A stretch of 64,000 nt of DNA from Acidobacteriota bacterium (GTDB lineage Bacteria; Acidobacteriota; CAIWXX01), in the NCBI GenBank assembly GCA_040755995.1, contig JBFMAF010000016.1, forward strand, positions 1 through 64,000, written 5' to 3'. The notes below the pieces were generated by a model that had not been told where the DNA came from, did no database searches, and was given only the letters and a program-made list of their open reading frames with translations. Each line of letters starts with the position of its first letter. The first letter of the stretch is position 1. Shown in pieces: positions 1-10,041 of this stretch. A program made the position numbers and the translations under genes.

Positions 1-3000
1 GCGCGTTCCCCTGGGATCTGCCGATTCCGGCGCAAGACCTTACCCAGTGCTTTGTGAGGATTGTCAATGTAGACGCACCAACGCAGTGGGACCGAAGTGA
101 CACATCGTTCACGATCAAAGCGCAGCAACAGCCGCCTGAACTTCCCAAGCTTCAACTGACTGAGCCGACGGCTGAGGATCGCTGGCAGGTGAGCACCGAG
201 CACAACATCAAGTGGACGGCCACGGGCGACTTCAAGAGCATGGACGTGAAGCTCGAGTACTGGAGCAAGGCCAACGGGTGGAAGCCGATCGCGGGTGGAC
301 TGAACCCGAAGGACGGCGCCTATCCCTGGACGGTTCCGGATGACGCCAACGCGGCCTGCCAGATCTGGATCCACACCGGAAACGGAACGGTCCAGGCCAC
401 GAGCGCTACATTCGCGGTCGTGCCGCTCGAACGGAAGATCACGGTCACGTGGCCGACCGGGTGGGAAGGCGACGATCCCGACACGCCGAGATTCGAGCCG
501 CTTGTGCTCTACGCCGGTGAAACGCGCCAGATCACGATCGACTATGAGAAGATCACGAACGGAGAGGGCATAGAGGTGAGTCTTGTCACGGGTGATGTCG
601 TCCAATGGACCAGAATCTTCGACGAATACAAGACGGTGATCACGTGGGCTCCTGTTGACGATGTGGAGTCGAGCCAGTGCCGGATCGTCGTGAAGGATCG
701 GAGCAGCGCCGCGGAGGGACGCACCGAGCACAACTTCGTGATACACGAGTGCGACCCGACAATCACCCTCCAGTTCCCGGACGGCGGCAACACGCTTGCG
801 GTGAATGAGCCGTGCCAGATCAGATGGGTCTCGACCAAGGCGGCGCAGGTGCCGCAGGTGAGAATCGAGCTCGGCGTGCGTCTGACAGCCAAGCTCATCG
901 AGTGGAATGAGGAGGTCCCGATCGCCGTAGTCGAGAACAAGGAAGGCGTGAACCTCCGTTCCTGGACGCCCGGCGAGACGGGCACGAATCTCGTCGTCAG
1001 GGTCAGAGACGAGCGGGACTACAAGCCACAGGATTTCACGCACAGCTCCTTCACGGTGATCGAGGAACAGACGCAGATCGTTGTGGACGTACCGAACGGG
1101 CCTGAGCACAACATGGTGGTCGGCAGCAAGCGATACATCAAGTGGGCCACGACGGGGCCGAACCGGCCTGACCGGGTCGTCATCAAGCTCACGCGCACAG
1201 GGTCGATGGGGGACGCGACGAAGATACACGAGGAGATCACGGTGGCCAACACGGGCTCATACCCATGGGTGGTCACGGGCCCGCCGTCGGATCACTGCCT
1301 GATCTCCGTAGGCGCCTCCAATGGCATCCCGTGCGATACATCCGACAGGGAGTTCCGCATACTGCAGGATGTCGTGGTCTCCAAACCGCAGGCAGGAGAG
1401 TACGAGATGGGCTCGTTCATGGAGATCAGGTGGACTCCGCGGAACTGGCCGAAGAACGTGAAAGTTCAGCTCCAGCGGGACGGCGGACAGTGGGAGTCGC
1501 TGACGGCGCCCGACACCAGCATCGCGAACGAGGGCAAGATGACGTGGAAAGTGACTGGCTCGGCTTCGCAGAACTGCTATATTAGAGTGAGTGACGCGAA
1601 GGACGGGAAGCCCTTTGGCGATTCCGCGAAGTTCGCGATCGTCCCGAGCGTGAAGGTGCTGTATCCCAACGGGGGCGAACAGCTCATGGTGGGCAAGACG
1701 GTGAAACTCGAATGGGAGACTCGCGGAGCCGTGCCCGAGGTCAGGCTGGAGCTGTCCCGGAACAGGGGTACCACCTGGGAGCTGATTGACGGCAGAACGA
1801 AAGTGCCGAACGACGGCAAGTATGCCTGGACAGTGAAAGGCACGAAGACGTCGAACAACTGCCTGTTCCGCGTGAGCGATCTCGACGGGAAGCCGACCGA
1901 CACGAGCGACAACCTGTTCGCTATCAGGACGGTGAGCACGGCCGGCGCCGCCGGACCCGGCACGCAGGCCGGCGTCGACCTGCTGGTCGGCGACGAGATG
2001 GAGCAGCAGCCTGGTGTTCTACCGTGGAGCAAGCCGTGGCTGGAGGATCTGCCTGGCGGCACGATCTACATCCCGGGCGCCGACGGGCTGGCCGATCGGT
2101 TGTTGCAGGTACCAGAGGACGACGGCGAGTACGTCGGAACCGAGGAGGATTTCGAGAGAGACTTCGGTGGTGTGGAGGAGCCGCCGCCGGGCGACACCCC
2201 CGGTGAGCCTGCTCCCGAGCCCGAAGGCGGGGGCGAACCGGAGGTAGCCGGACCGCCCCTCCCCGCGGGCAGCGAGATCACCTACTACATCTATTCCTTC
2301 GACGGCAGGCTTCTGGCCGAATACGACTCGGACGGCTACTGCAACCGGGACTACATCTACGCCGGCAACCGCCTGATCGCCGAATATAAACCGAAGGTGG
2401 GGATCTACCACTTCTACACGCCCGACCAGATCAACACGACGCGCATGATCACGGACCAGGCCGGGAAGATCGTCTACTCCGCCGGCTTCGGTCCATACGG
2501 CAACGAGCAGATCACCTGGGTCGACAAGTGCAGCCCAGCGCTGAAGTTCTCAGGCAAAGAGCGCGACCGCGACACCACCTTCGACTACTTTGGCGCGCGC
2601 CACTACGCCAGCTCGCAGCGCAGGTGGATCTCGCCGGATCCTGTAAAAGCCCAAAGCGAGGCGATCCACGATCCCCAATCGTGGAATCTCTATGCCTACT
2701 GTCGGAACAACCCCGTGACGCTGCTCGATCCCGATGGACGAAAGATCGATTATCAAAATCCGCAGGTCAGGATCTTCGTGGAGTACCTCGCCAGCAGGAG
2801 CCGGGCGGTCCGTGACACCCTTGCCCGGTATGACGCCGATGACGACCCTGATCTCCGGATCGAACAGGTCGAACTCGGAGAGAACGCGGATGGAGAGCTG
2901 GCGGGGTTGTTCATCCCGGACTGGGGCGAATTTACGATGGATTCCCCACCCGGATCAGGGAACTGGGAGGCTCTGCGTGGGCTCACCGAAGACCAGATCA

Positions 3001-3311
3001 TGGCAGGAAGGGCTAGTGGCAACCTGCTCACCTCCGTCGCTCTTACGGGTGGCACTCTGCAACTGGATTCCTCTCTCGATCTCAACATTGATCCATCGGG
3101 AAAGAGCAGGGACTTCCGGCAGGCGATCAGCGACGCCTTGCATGAGTTCGGGCACGGCGAGCTCGCAGCAAGGGATCCACTCCGGTTCTACCGGCTCAGC
3201 CAAGCCGTCAACCAGATGAGAGACGGTGTGAGACAGGCGCACGACGAGCGCGAGATCGAACAAGACGCGAACCGGTATCGAGACAGTGCTCTGCGGGACT
3301 TCCAGAGGTAG
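1..3311 (+). CDS. Rhs-core polymorphic toxin unit 1 (5'-partial): Ig-like repeats, acidic linker, Rhs core, HExxH metallopeptidase-like tip
   Basis: Frame is open from base 3, and window base 1 aligns to ~13834 in unit 4. Rhs core motifs YYIYSFDGRLLAEYD, KFSGKERD, YFGARHY, WISPDP...NPVTLLDPDG (2727-2738). Tip 2739-3311 has ALHEFGH (3141-3155) and a later EQDA. Confidence 0.9.
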   Translation, partial: AFPWDLPIPAQDLTQCFVRIVNVDAPTQWDRSDTSFTIKAQQQPPELPKLQLTEPTAEDRWQVSTEHNIKWTATGDFKSMDVKLEYWSKANGWKPIAGGLNPKDGAYPWTVPDDANAACQIWIHTGNGTVQATSATFAVVPLERKITVTWPTGWEGDDPDTPRFEPLVLYAGETRQITIDYEKITNGEGIEVSLVTGDVVQWTRIFDEYKTVITWAPVDDVESSQCRIVVKDRSSAAEGRTEHNFVIHECDPTITLQFPDGGNTLAVNEPCQIRWVSTKAAQVPQVRIELGVRLTAKLIEWNEEVPIAVVENKEGVNLRSWTPGETGTNLVVRVRDERDYKPQDFTHSSFTVIEEQTQIVVDVPNGPEHNMVVGSKRYIKWATTGPNRPDRVVIKLTRTGSMGDATKIHEEITVANTGSYPWVVTGPPSDHCLISVGASNGIPCDTSDREFRILQDVVVSKPQAGEYEMGSFMEIRWTPRNWPKNVKVQLQRDGGQWESLTAPDTSIANEGKMTWKVTGSASQNCYIRVSDAKDGKPFGDSAKFAIVPSVKVLYPNGGEQLMVGKTVKLEWETRGAVPEVRLELSRNRGTTWELIDGRTKVPNDGKYAWTVKGTKTSNNCLFRVSDLDGKPTDTSDNLFAIRTVSTAGAAGPGTQAGVDLLVGDEMEQQPGVLPWSKPWLEDLPGGTIYIPGADGLADRLLQVPEDDGEYVGTEEDFERDFGGVEEPPPGDTPGEPAPEPEGGGEPEVAGPPLPAGSEITYYIYSFDGRLLAEYDSDGYCNRDYIYAGNRLIAEYKPKVGIYHFYTPDQINTTRMITDQAGKIVYSAGFGPYGNEQITWVDKCSPALKFSGKERDRDTTFDYFGARHYASSQRRWISPDPVKAQSEAIHDPQSWNLYAYCRNNPVTLLDPDGRKIDYQNPQVRIFVEYLASRSRAVRDTLARYDADDDPDLRIEQVELGENADGELAGLFIPDWGEFTMDSPPGSGNWEALRGLTEDQIMAGRASGNLLTSVALTGGTLQLDSSLDLNIDPSGKSRDFRQAISDALHEFGHGELAARDPLRFYRLSQAVNQMRDGVRQAHDEREIEQDANRYRDSALRDFQR

Positions 3312-3320
3312 GTGGTCTGA

Positions 3321-3827
3321 ATGAGAAAGACAAGCGGCCTCCTGATCGTGGTGTCTTGCCTCTGCACCGGCCATTGTGCCTGGCGGCATGGCCCGTCCGA
3401 GGCACCCAAGAAGGCATACTCGCCCAACCCGTTCACGCTGCGCATCCACGTGTGGCCAGCAACAGCTGCGCCCGGTGAAACTCTGGCACTTGAGTATGTC
3501 CTCACAAACACCAGCGACAACTCCGTCGATGCTTGTCTACACGATCGAGGCGAGTATGGAATCTGGGCAGCAGGTGAGCCGGCACCGCTACATGGTCATC
3601 TTGGTGGTGGAGCCCTGGACGGTCCAGCAGCTAACACCATCTTCACACTCCCTCCACATACTAGCCTTGTGTGGCGGAGTGAGGTAACGATGCCGGATGT
3701 CCGGGCTGGCCCGGCCAAGGTGTACGGCACGTTCACTTCCTCATGCGAACTCTGGGCGGGCACGGTGTTCTCCGATTCCGTGGTCATCACGATCAAGTCT
3801 CAGACCCGACCTCTCGGCGAGCGGTGA
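3321..3827 (+). CDS. putative immunity protein 1, exported or lipoprotein-like
   Basis: Starts 9 nt after the toxin 1 stop. Basic-hydrophobic N-terminus ending in Cys (MRKTSGLLIVVSCLCTGHC). Immunity role is inferred from position. Confidence 0.65.
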   Translation: MRKTSGLLIVVSCLCTGHCAWRHGPSEAPKKAYSPNPFTLRIHVWPATAAPGETLALEYVLTNTSDNSVDACLHDRGEYGIWAAGEPAPLHGHLGGGALDGPAANTIFTLPPHTSLVWRSEVTMPDVRAGPAKVYGTFTSSCELWAGTVFSDSVVITIKSQTRPLGER

Positions 3828-3914
3828 CGTACAGACTCGGCGGACGCCTTGGCGTGGGTTCCTCTCGTGGAATGGAGATGGTGGTGCTAGGCCAAGCCCG
3901 GCGGTGAAGCAGAG

Positions 3915-5186
3915 GTGCAGATGATGGTCGCGGAAGAGATGGAGCAGCAACCCGGGGCCCTGCCGTGGAGCAAGCCCTGGCTGGAGGATCTGCCTGGCGG
4001 CACGATCTACATCCCCGGTGTCGACGGCCTCGCCGATCGCGTCCTGCAGGTGCCTGAGGACGATGACGAGTACGCCGGGACCGAGGAGGATTTCGAGAGA
4101 GACTTCGGCGGTGTGCAGGAGCCGCCACCCGCCGACCCAGGCGGTGATGCTCCTCCTTCTGGTGACCCTGGAGAAGGTGGCGACCCGGAGGTAGCCGGGC
4201 CGCCGCTCCCCGCTGGCAGCGAGATCGTCTACTACATTTACTCCTTCGACGGGAAGCTTCTAGCCGAATACGACGCCGACGGAAACTGCAACCGCGACTA
4301 CATCTACGCCGGCAACCGCCTGATCGCCGAACATAAACCGAAGGTGGGCATCTACCACTTCTACACGCCCGACCAGATCAACACGACGCGCATGATCACG
4401 GACCAGGCCGGGAAGATCGTCTACTCCGCCGCCTTCGGCCCGTATGGCGGCGAACAGATCACGTGGGTGGACAAGTGCAACCCCGCGCTGAAGTTCTCCG
4501 GCAAAGAGCGCGACCGCGACACCACCTTCGACTACTTTGGCGCGCGCCATTACGCGAGCTCCCAGGGCAGGTGGATCAGCCCGGACCCGATCAGGAACAA
4601 GCAATTGGCTATCTGGACCCCGCAGTTGTGGAACCTCTACTCGTACTGCAGGAACAATCCGATCACGTTTGTGGATCCCGATGGGAGCCTAGAGGATCAG
4701 CAGGGTCCGGTGGATCCGGAATGGCAGGGTCCAGAATTGCCCGAAGTACTCACGGATCAGATTCCACGGGACGTAAGAGCACAGATGGCAGCCGCCATAC
4801 ACGACAGCGATTCACCGACCGGGGACGACAAGAAGGGGGGATTCCATGAGGAGTCCGGCGTAGCGGGGCGGAATCTATCAGGCGAATGGGTTGTATCGCG
4901 TGACAAGCCTGGTCCTTACGGGGATCCGGATGAGGTCGACACACTGCACCCATCTCGAGAGCCCCTGAACGTAGACGAAAGAAACTCAATAGTGAATCCT
5001 ATCGTATTCTTCCATGTGCATCCCTCAGGAAGAACCAAGAAGGGCAACGTATGGGTGCAGGAACCGTCGGTCGCAGACACCGCTGCCGCGATTCCAGGAA
5101 CCATAAATATCGTATTCGGTGCACGCAACAAGAAAGCGTACTACTATAATAGGTGGACTCTCATTGGGGAACCGATGAGGAGATGA
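3915..5186 (+). CDS. orphan Rhs cassette 2 with JAB/MPN-like C-terminal toxin
   Basis: Homology to unit 1 begins only at the acidic linker (EMEQQPGALPWSKPW). Rhs core ends DPDG at 4674-4685. Tip has HEESG ... FFHVHPSG ... PSVAD, matching the JAMM motif E..HxHP..PSxxD. Confidence 0.85.
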   Translation: MQMMVAEEMEQQPGALPWSKPWLEDLPGGTIYIPGVDGLADRVLQVPEDDDEYAGTEEDFERDFGGVQEPPPADPGGDAPPSGDPGEGGDPEVAGPPLPAGSEIVYYIYSFDGKLLAEYDADGNCNRDYIYAGNRLIAEHKPKVGIYHFYTPDQINTTRMITDQAGKIVYSAAFGPYGGEQITWVDKCNPALKFSGKERDRDTTFDYFGARHYASSQGRWISPDPIRNKQLAIWTPQLWNLYSYCRNNPITFVDPDGSLEDQQGPVDPEWQGPELPEVLTDQIPRDVRAQMAAAIHDSDSPTGDDKKGGFHEESGVAGRNLSGEWVVSRDKPGPYGDPDEVDTLHPSREPLNVDERNSIVNPIVFFHVHPSGRTKKGNVWVQEPSVADTAAAIPGTINIVFGARNKKAYYYNRWTLIGEPMRR

Positions 5187-5213
5187 GGATCGAGAGTTTC
5201 TTGAGGCAATAAC

Positions 5214-5678
5214 ATGAGGAGAATTTCAAAGATCGGGACAACTGCTATGTTTCTGCTGGCCCTAGCTCAGTCAAATGCGCAGCAACAACCAATGATCGTG
5301 AATCTGACGGTCATCGACAATGGGAAAGTCACGCCCGCTCCTTCTGAAATACTGCTCAGTTTCAATGATCATTCGTTGCGAATACAGGTCGTAAACGGGA
5401 GTTTTGGCGTTCCTGCCGAGATCGTCGAAGCTAAGACGATAGTACTAGAGACCGATGTGGCGGATAGCCACATTCGACTTACCAAATTGACCGGGAGAGA
5501 CTTCAGAGTCGGCAAGTGGACGCTACGTCTCGCAGATGAGGCCAACGACAAGTACTACGAATGGCCTGGTCCGAAGAACGCCAGGATCCCGTCGACTTGT
5601 ATAGTCGAATTTGATAATGGTCAGACCTGCGCAGCTAGAGCAATGTTCGAAGAGCATTGCCGAACGCGGATGAAGTAG
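5214..5678 (+). CDS. putative immunity protein 2, exported
   Basis: Directly after cassette 2 with a GAGG RBS. Signal-peptide-like MRRISKIGTTAMFLLALAQSNA. A paralogous fragment occurs at ~10510-10675. Confidence 0.7.
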   Translation: MRRISKIGTTAMFLLALAQSNAQQQPMIVNLTVIDNGKVTPAPSEILLSFNDHSLRIQVVNGSFGVPAEIVEAKTIVLETDVADSHIRLTKLTGRDFRVGKWTLRLADEANDKYYEWPGPKNARIPSTCIVEFDNGQTCAARAMFEEHCRTRMK

Positions 5679-5731
5679 CGAGTGCCGGCATGCGCTGGCA
5701 TTCTTCATGTGGACTGAGCGAGTTTCGCACT

Positions 5732-5925
5732 ATGGAGGCAACGAGTCCTCCCGTGGTCCACACCGCTCTCGCGTGTCGCGTTGCATCGTTGTTTCTCATC
5801 GTTGGCTGGGTCGAGGCGGCAAGCAGACCGTCTGATGCTGAGCTAGCGGCTGTCACGGAACGCGGTGTTCTCCTGGCCCAGTATGACGCCGCGGCGTGGG
5901 AGGCGACCGACGCGGTAATGGCTAC
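5732..5925 (+). pseudogene. N-terminal fragment of an exported hypothetical protein, truncated by Rhs cassette 3
   Basis: Signal-like segment then PSDAELAAVTERGVLLAQYDAAAWEATDAVMATH, joined out of frame to Rhs sequence at TACTCATGG (unit 1 has TACCCATGG). Confidence 0.45.
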
Positions 5926-8007
5926 TCATGGGTGGTCACGGGCCCGCCGTCGGATCACTGCCTGATCTCCGTAGGCGCCCCGAACGGCATCCCGTGCGAC
6001 ACATCCGACAAGGAGTTCCGCATACTGCAGGATATCGTCGTCTCCAAGCCGCAGGCGGGCGAGCACGAGATGGGCTCGTTCATGGAGATCAGGTGGACCC
6101 CGCGGAACTGGCCGAAGAACGTCAAGGTTGAGCTCCAGCGGGACGGCGGACAGTGGGAGTCGCTGACGGCGCCCGACACCAGCATCGCGAACGAAGGCAA
6201 GATGACGTGGAAAGTGACTGGCTCGGCTTCGCAGAACTGCTATATTAGAGTGAGCGACGCGAAGGACGGGAAGCCGTTTGGAGATTCGGCCAAGTTCGCG
6301 ATCGTCCCGAGCGTGAAGGTGCTGTATCCCAACGGGGGCGAACAGCTCATGGTGGGCAAGACGGTGAAGCTGGAGTGGGAGACTCGCGGATCCGTGCCGA
6401 ATGTGAAGCTTGAGCTGTCGCGGAACAGAGGCACCACCTGGGAGCTGGTTGACGGCAGGGCGAGTGTGCCCAACGACGGCAAGTATGCCTGGACAGTGAA
6501 AGGCACGAAGACGTCGAACAACTGCCTCTTCCGGGTAAGCGATCTCGACGGGAAGCCGACCGACACCAGCGACAACCTGTTCGCTATCAGGACGGTGAGC
6601 ACGGGCGGGGCCGCTGGACCCGGCACGCAGGCCGGCGTCGACATGCTGGTCGGCGATGAGATGGAGCAGCAACCCGGAGCTCTGCCGTGGAGCAAGCCGT
6701 GGCTCGAGGATCTGCCTGGCGGCACGATGTACATCCCGGGCGCCGACGGGCTGGCCGATCGGTTGTTGCAGGTACCAGAGGACGACGGCGAGTACGTCGG
6801 GACCGAGGAGGATTTCGAGAGGGACTTCGGCGGTGTGGAGCAGCCGCCGCCGGGCGACACCCCCGGTGAGCCTGCTCCCGAGCCCGAAGGCGGGGGCGAA
6901 CCGGAGGTAGCCGGACCGCCCCTCCCCGCGGGCAGCGAGATCACCTACTACATCTACTCCTTCGACGGCAGGCTCTTGGCCGAATACGACTCAGACGGCT
7001 ACTGCAACCGCGACTACATCTACGCCGGCAACCGCCTGATCGCCGAATACAAACCGAAGGTGGGCATCTACCACTTCTACACGCCCGACCAGATCAACAC
7101 CACGCGGATCATCACCGATCAAGCGGGTCAGATCGCCTACTCCGCCGCTCATGGCCCATTTGGCAACGAGCAGATCACCTGGGTCGACAAGTACAACCCC
7201 GCGCTGAAGTTCTCCGGCAAAGAGCGCGACCCCGACACCACCTTCGACTACTTCGGCGCGCGCTACTTCGCCAGCACGCAGCGCAGGTGGATCTCGCCAG
7301 ATCCCATCGTCGGCGTCGGTGATGCGATGGCCATTCCACAGCGTTGGAACCTGTATGCATACGTCGCCAACAACCCCATCACCTACCTCGATCCGAACGG
7401 TATGTACATGTTCGCCAACGGAACCGCCGAGCAAAGGGAAGCCTTCCAGGAAGCCCTCGACCAGGAGTGCCAGAAGTTGTCAGAGATGACTGGTGAAGAG
7501 AAGGTTGCCGCTGAGATCGCGATCGGAGCATACGGAGAACCTTACGAAGACAATGGGGTCTGGGTCGTCTTCGGGGACCCAGGGGGCGGACGTGGTGGGG
7601 CAACAGATAGCCACTTACTACCAGATCTTGGCTCCTTTTCTACCGTCACGATCTCCCCCGATCTGAGCGGCACCGACCTAACCATCGTGATGGCTCACGA
7701 GGGCAGTCACGTCGCCGACCACCAGCGCTTCTCGGCCGCCGTGAGAAGCGTGAGCCCCACCGACAGCTCTATCATCGGGTCAGATCAATTCGATCTCACC
7801 AGATACGCGACAGAGGTGCGGGCATACGGGGTGAGCGCCTTTGTGGCCAACAGCTTAGGACAGGAGGAAGGCGTTTATGGACGGAAAAATCGCACGATCT
7901 TCAAAAGAGGCAAACTCAATATGGGGGACCTCAACAAATACCTGAAAGAGGAATACGAGGGGCTGTCCCCGGAGTCGCCGGGTAGGCGGCTGAGTGGTTT
8001 CGAGTAG
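5896..8007 (+). CDS. orphan Rhs cassette 3 with HExxH metallopeptidase-like tip
   Basis: Near-identical to 1259-2640 from ~5923, starting mid Ig-repeat 5 with no credible start codon. Core ends DPNG at 7390-7401. Tip has MAHEGSH (7696-7710) and TEVRAY. Confidence 0.85.
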   Translation: MGGDRRGNGYSWVVTGPPSDHCLISVGAPNGIPCDTSDKEFRILQDIVVSKPQAGEHEMGSFMEIRWTPRNWPKNVKVELQRDGGQWESLTAPDTSIANEGKMTWKVTGSASQNCYIRVSDAKDGKPFGDSAKFAIVPSVKVLYPNGGEQLMVGKTVKLEWETRGSVPNVKLELSRNRGTTWELVDGRASVPNDGKYAWTVKGTKTSNNCLFRVSDLDGKPTDTSDNLFAIRTVSTGGAAGPGTQAGVDMLVGDEMEQQPGALPWSKPWLEDLPGGTMYIPGADGLADRLLQVPEDDGEYVGTEEDFERDFGGVEQPPPGDTPGEPAPEPEGGGEPEVAGPPLPAGSEITYYIYSFDGRLLAEYDSDGYCNRDYIYAGNRLIAEYKPKVGIYHFYTPDQINTTRIITDQAGQIAYSAAHGPFGNEQITWVDKYNPALKFSGKERDPDTTFDYFGARYFASTQRRWISPDPIVGVGDAMAIPQRWNLYAYVANNPITYLDPNGMYMFANGTAEQREAFQEALDQECQKLSEMTGEEKVAAEIAIGAYGEPYEDNGVWVVFGDPGGGRGGATDSHLLPDLGSFSTVTISPDLSGTDLTIVMAHEGSHVADHQRFSAAVRSVSPTDSSIIGSDQFDLTRYATEVRAYGVSAFVANSLGQEEGVYGRKNRTIFKRGKLNMGDLNKYLKEEYEGLSPESPGRRLSGFE

Positions 8008-8019
8008 GAGGGAGTAAAG

Positions 8020-8694
8020 ATGTTCTCTATAACGAGATTACCGACAAGCAGGGGGCGCAGCATGGCTCACCAACTTGCAATTGGCCTGATTCGCGTGGTC
8101 GCCGCGTTGTCACTGATCCTGGCTCAAGCTAGCGAATTCCCATCGCCCGAATGTGTCGCCAGAGTGACAGACAAGCAAGAACGCCCCCAATTCATTCGAT
8201 TCGAGCAAGTCCTGCCAGCCACCGGAGGCCCGATAGGGGGCTACTACCTTGAGGCGGCTAAGGGCACACCTGTTGTTTGGTTGCGCCTCCACAACAACAC
8301 AACGTGTCCAATCGCCCTATCGATGACTCATACGTATGTCCGGATCGAGGCTGGGCGAAATGCGACTCATGTGCTGGAGGGCGAGCCGGTCGACATCTGC
8401 TTTGACTTGGAAGACCCCACCGGGAAGGGGCGGATCAGCCACTGCGGTGGCCACACTTTCGGGATGGCTCGACTTCCTGGAGGCTCCTCGCTTCTGTTTG
8501 GTGTGCCCGCAGAGTACTTAAGAAGAGGCTATCTAGTCTCCGTTCCTTTCGTGTATGAGTGGGAAGGCATCGTCTTCATAAGGACACGCGCGCTGAGAAG
8601 GACAACAGTGTTTGGACCCAACGAATTGCCGGCTTCAGTCCAGAATGAGCTCGGTATTTCGTTGGAACCCGCACAAGGAGATGACAACGACTAA
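8020..8694 (+). CDS. putative immunity protein 3, exported (start may be ATG 8062)
   Basis: Immediately after the cassette 3 stop with a GGAGGGAG RBS. Signal-like MAHQLAIGLIRVVAALSLILAQA. Confidence 0.65.
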   Translation: MFSITRLPTSRGRSMAHQLAIGLIRVVAALSLILAQASEFPSPECVARVTDKQERPQFIRFEQVLPATGGPIGGYYLEAAKGTPVVWLRLHNNTTCPIALSMTHTYVRIEAGRNATHVLEGEPVDICFDLEDPTGKGRISHCGGHTFGMARLPGGSSLLFGVPAEYLRRGYLVSVPFVYEWEGIVFIRTRALRRTTVFGPNELPASVQNELGISLEPAQGDDND

Positions 8695-9072
8695 CGATAC
8701 CTGCCGCCTTCACCCCTTCGACAAGAAGAGGGCATTCTGAGGTACTCGAGATTCGGATGCTGGCTCCAACCGCTCACGATCTATTGGGCTCGGTTTCTTG
8801 GATCCCGCAGAGGGAAGACTTCGATAGAGAGGTGAAGCGTGAGAAGTCACACCGCCGCAAGAACTGACCAAGCAGTCGGCGTGGAGGATCGCATAGTGTC
8901 CTTGCTGGATGGCGTCGATGTTCGCGTCAGGTGCGGTTCTCGCACTAGGTGTTTTCAGCGGGCTCCTTGTCTTCGTGCCCTATTTGTGGCGAGTTCGATT
9001 CATGCCTGAGTTTCCTGACGGGGCCGAGGTACAGCTCGCCGCCCTGCCGAGCATATCGAGGGAGAATGGGAA

Positions 9073-10041
9073 ATGCGCACACAAGATCGCGTCGTACGAG
9101 GGTACAGAACCTCATGCCGCGTTGTCCTTCTCGCGGTAACTATTCTTGCTTTTGGCGCCGCCCGCCAGTCCCGACTGCAGGCGCGGGTGGAAGAACCGGG
9201 AACGCAGGTCGAAGTTTCCCGGCAGATGGCCCATTACATTGTTTTCGAAAAGCATGCTGACGGGACAGCCGTCCCAGTGTACTACCGGTTGGTCGAGCTG
9301 GCCGGGCCTCTGACGACCTTGACAGGCAGCCGGATGGCGGGCGTGCTGACGTCTTCTCCGCGAAACACCGAGCCCATTGGAGTCAGCCTGCAGAACGAAG
9401 CCGGGCAGGTGGTCTACCAGAATGCCGTCCAGTTATCTCGGTGGCTGCGCGGCGAGTTCCGCGCCGAGACATCGCCGGGCGCAACCATCGATGGGCACCT
9501 GATCCCTCTTGAAACAGTCTCATTTGTTGTGCGTGTTCCGCAAATCCCAGGGACGACTCTGGTCTTGCAGAACTCTAGTCTCGAATTCATCGGGCGTTTC
9601 GACATGCAGCAATTGGCGAGCCAGACACCCACAATCCGATTGGATACCTCGATTGAAGTGGGTAGCCTGGGAGCCACCGGGCCAGCAAGCAATCGCGAGG
9701 ATCTTCTCATAATGGGAGATGGCTACACCGCTGCGCAGGAATCAATATTCCTGAGCGACGCTGCCTGGGTGGGTGCGGAGTTCTTTTCCATCTCACCTTA
9801 TTCCGTCTATCGCAACTACTACAACCTTCACACCCTGTTTACCCCTTCCAAGCAGTCGGGGGCAGATCATCCTCGCTATGATCCAGCCTGCGGTACTACC
9901 GACCCCAGCTGCTGCAGCGATCCCGCGATGCAGTCGGACCCCCTGCAAGGCAGGAATGTCTGGAGTGATAATCCTCTCGGCAAGGAATTGTTCAGGCACG
10001 AGTTTACTATTCTCCCGAAGGCTACGACGCGTGAGAGATGA
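9073..10041 (+). pseudogene. truncated M64 (IgA peptidase-like) metallopeptidase
   Basis: Signal peptide, then NREDLLIMGDGYTAAQ...FFSISPYSVYRNYYN...SKQSGADHP typical of the M64 N-terminal half. The ORF ends before any HExxH. Confidence 0.6.
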
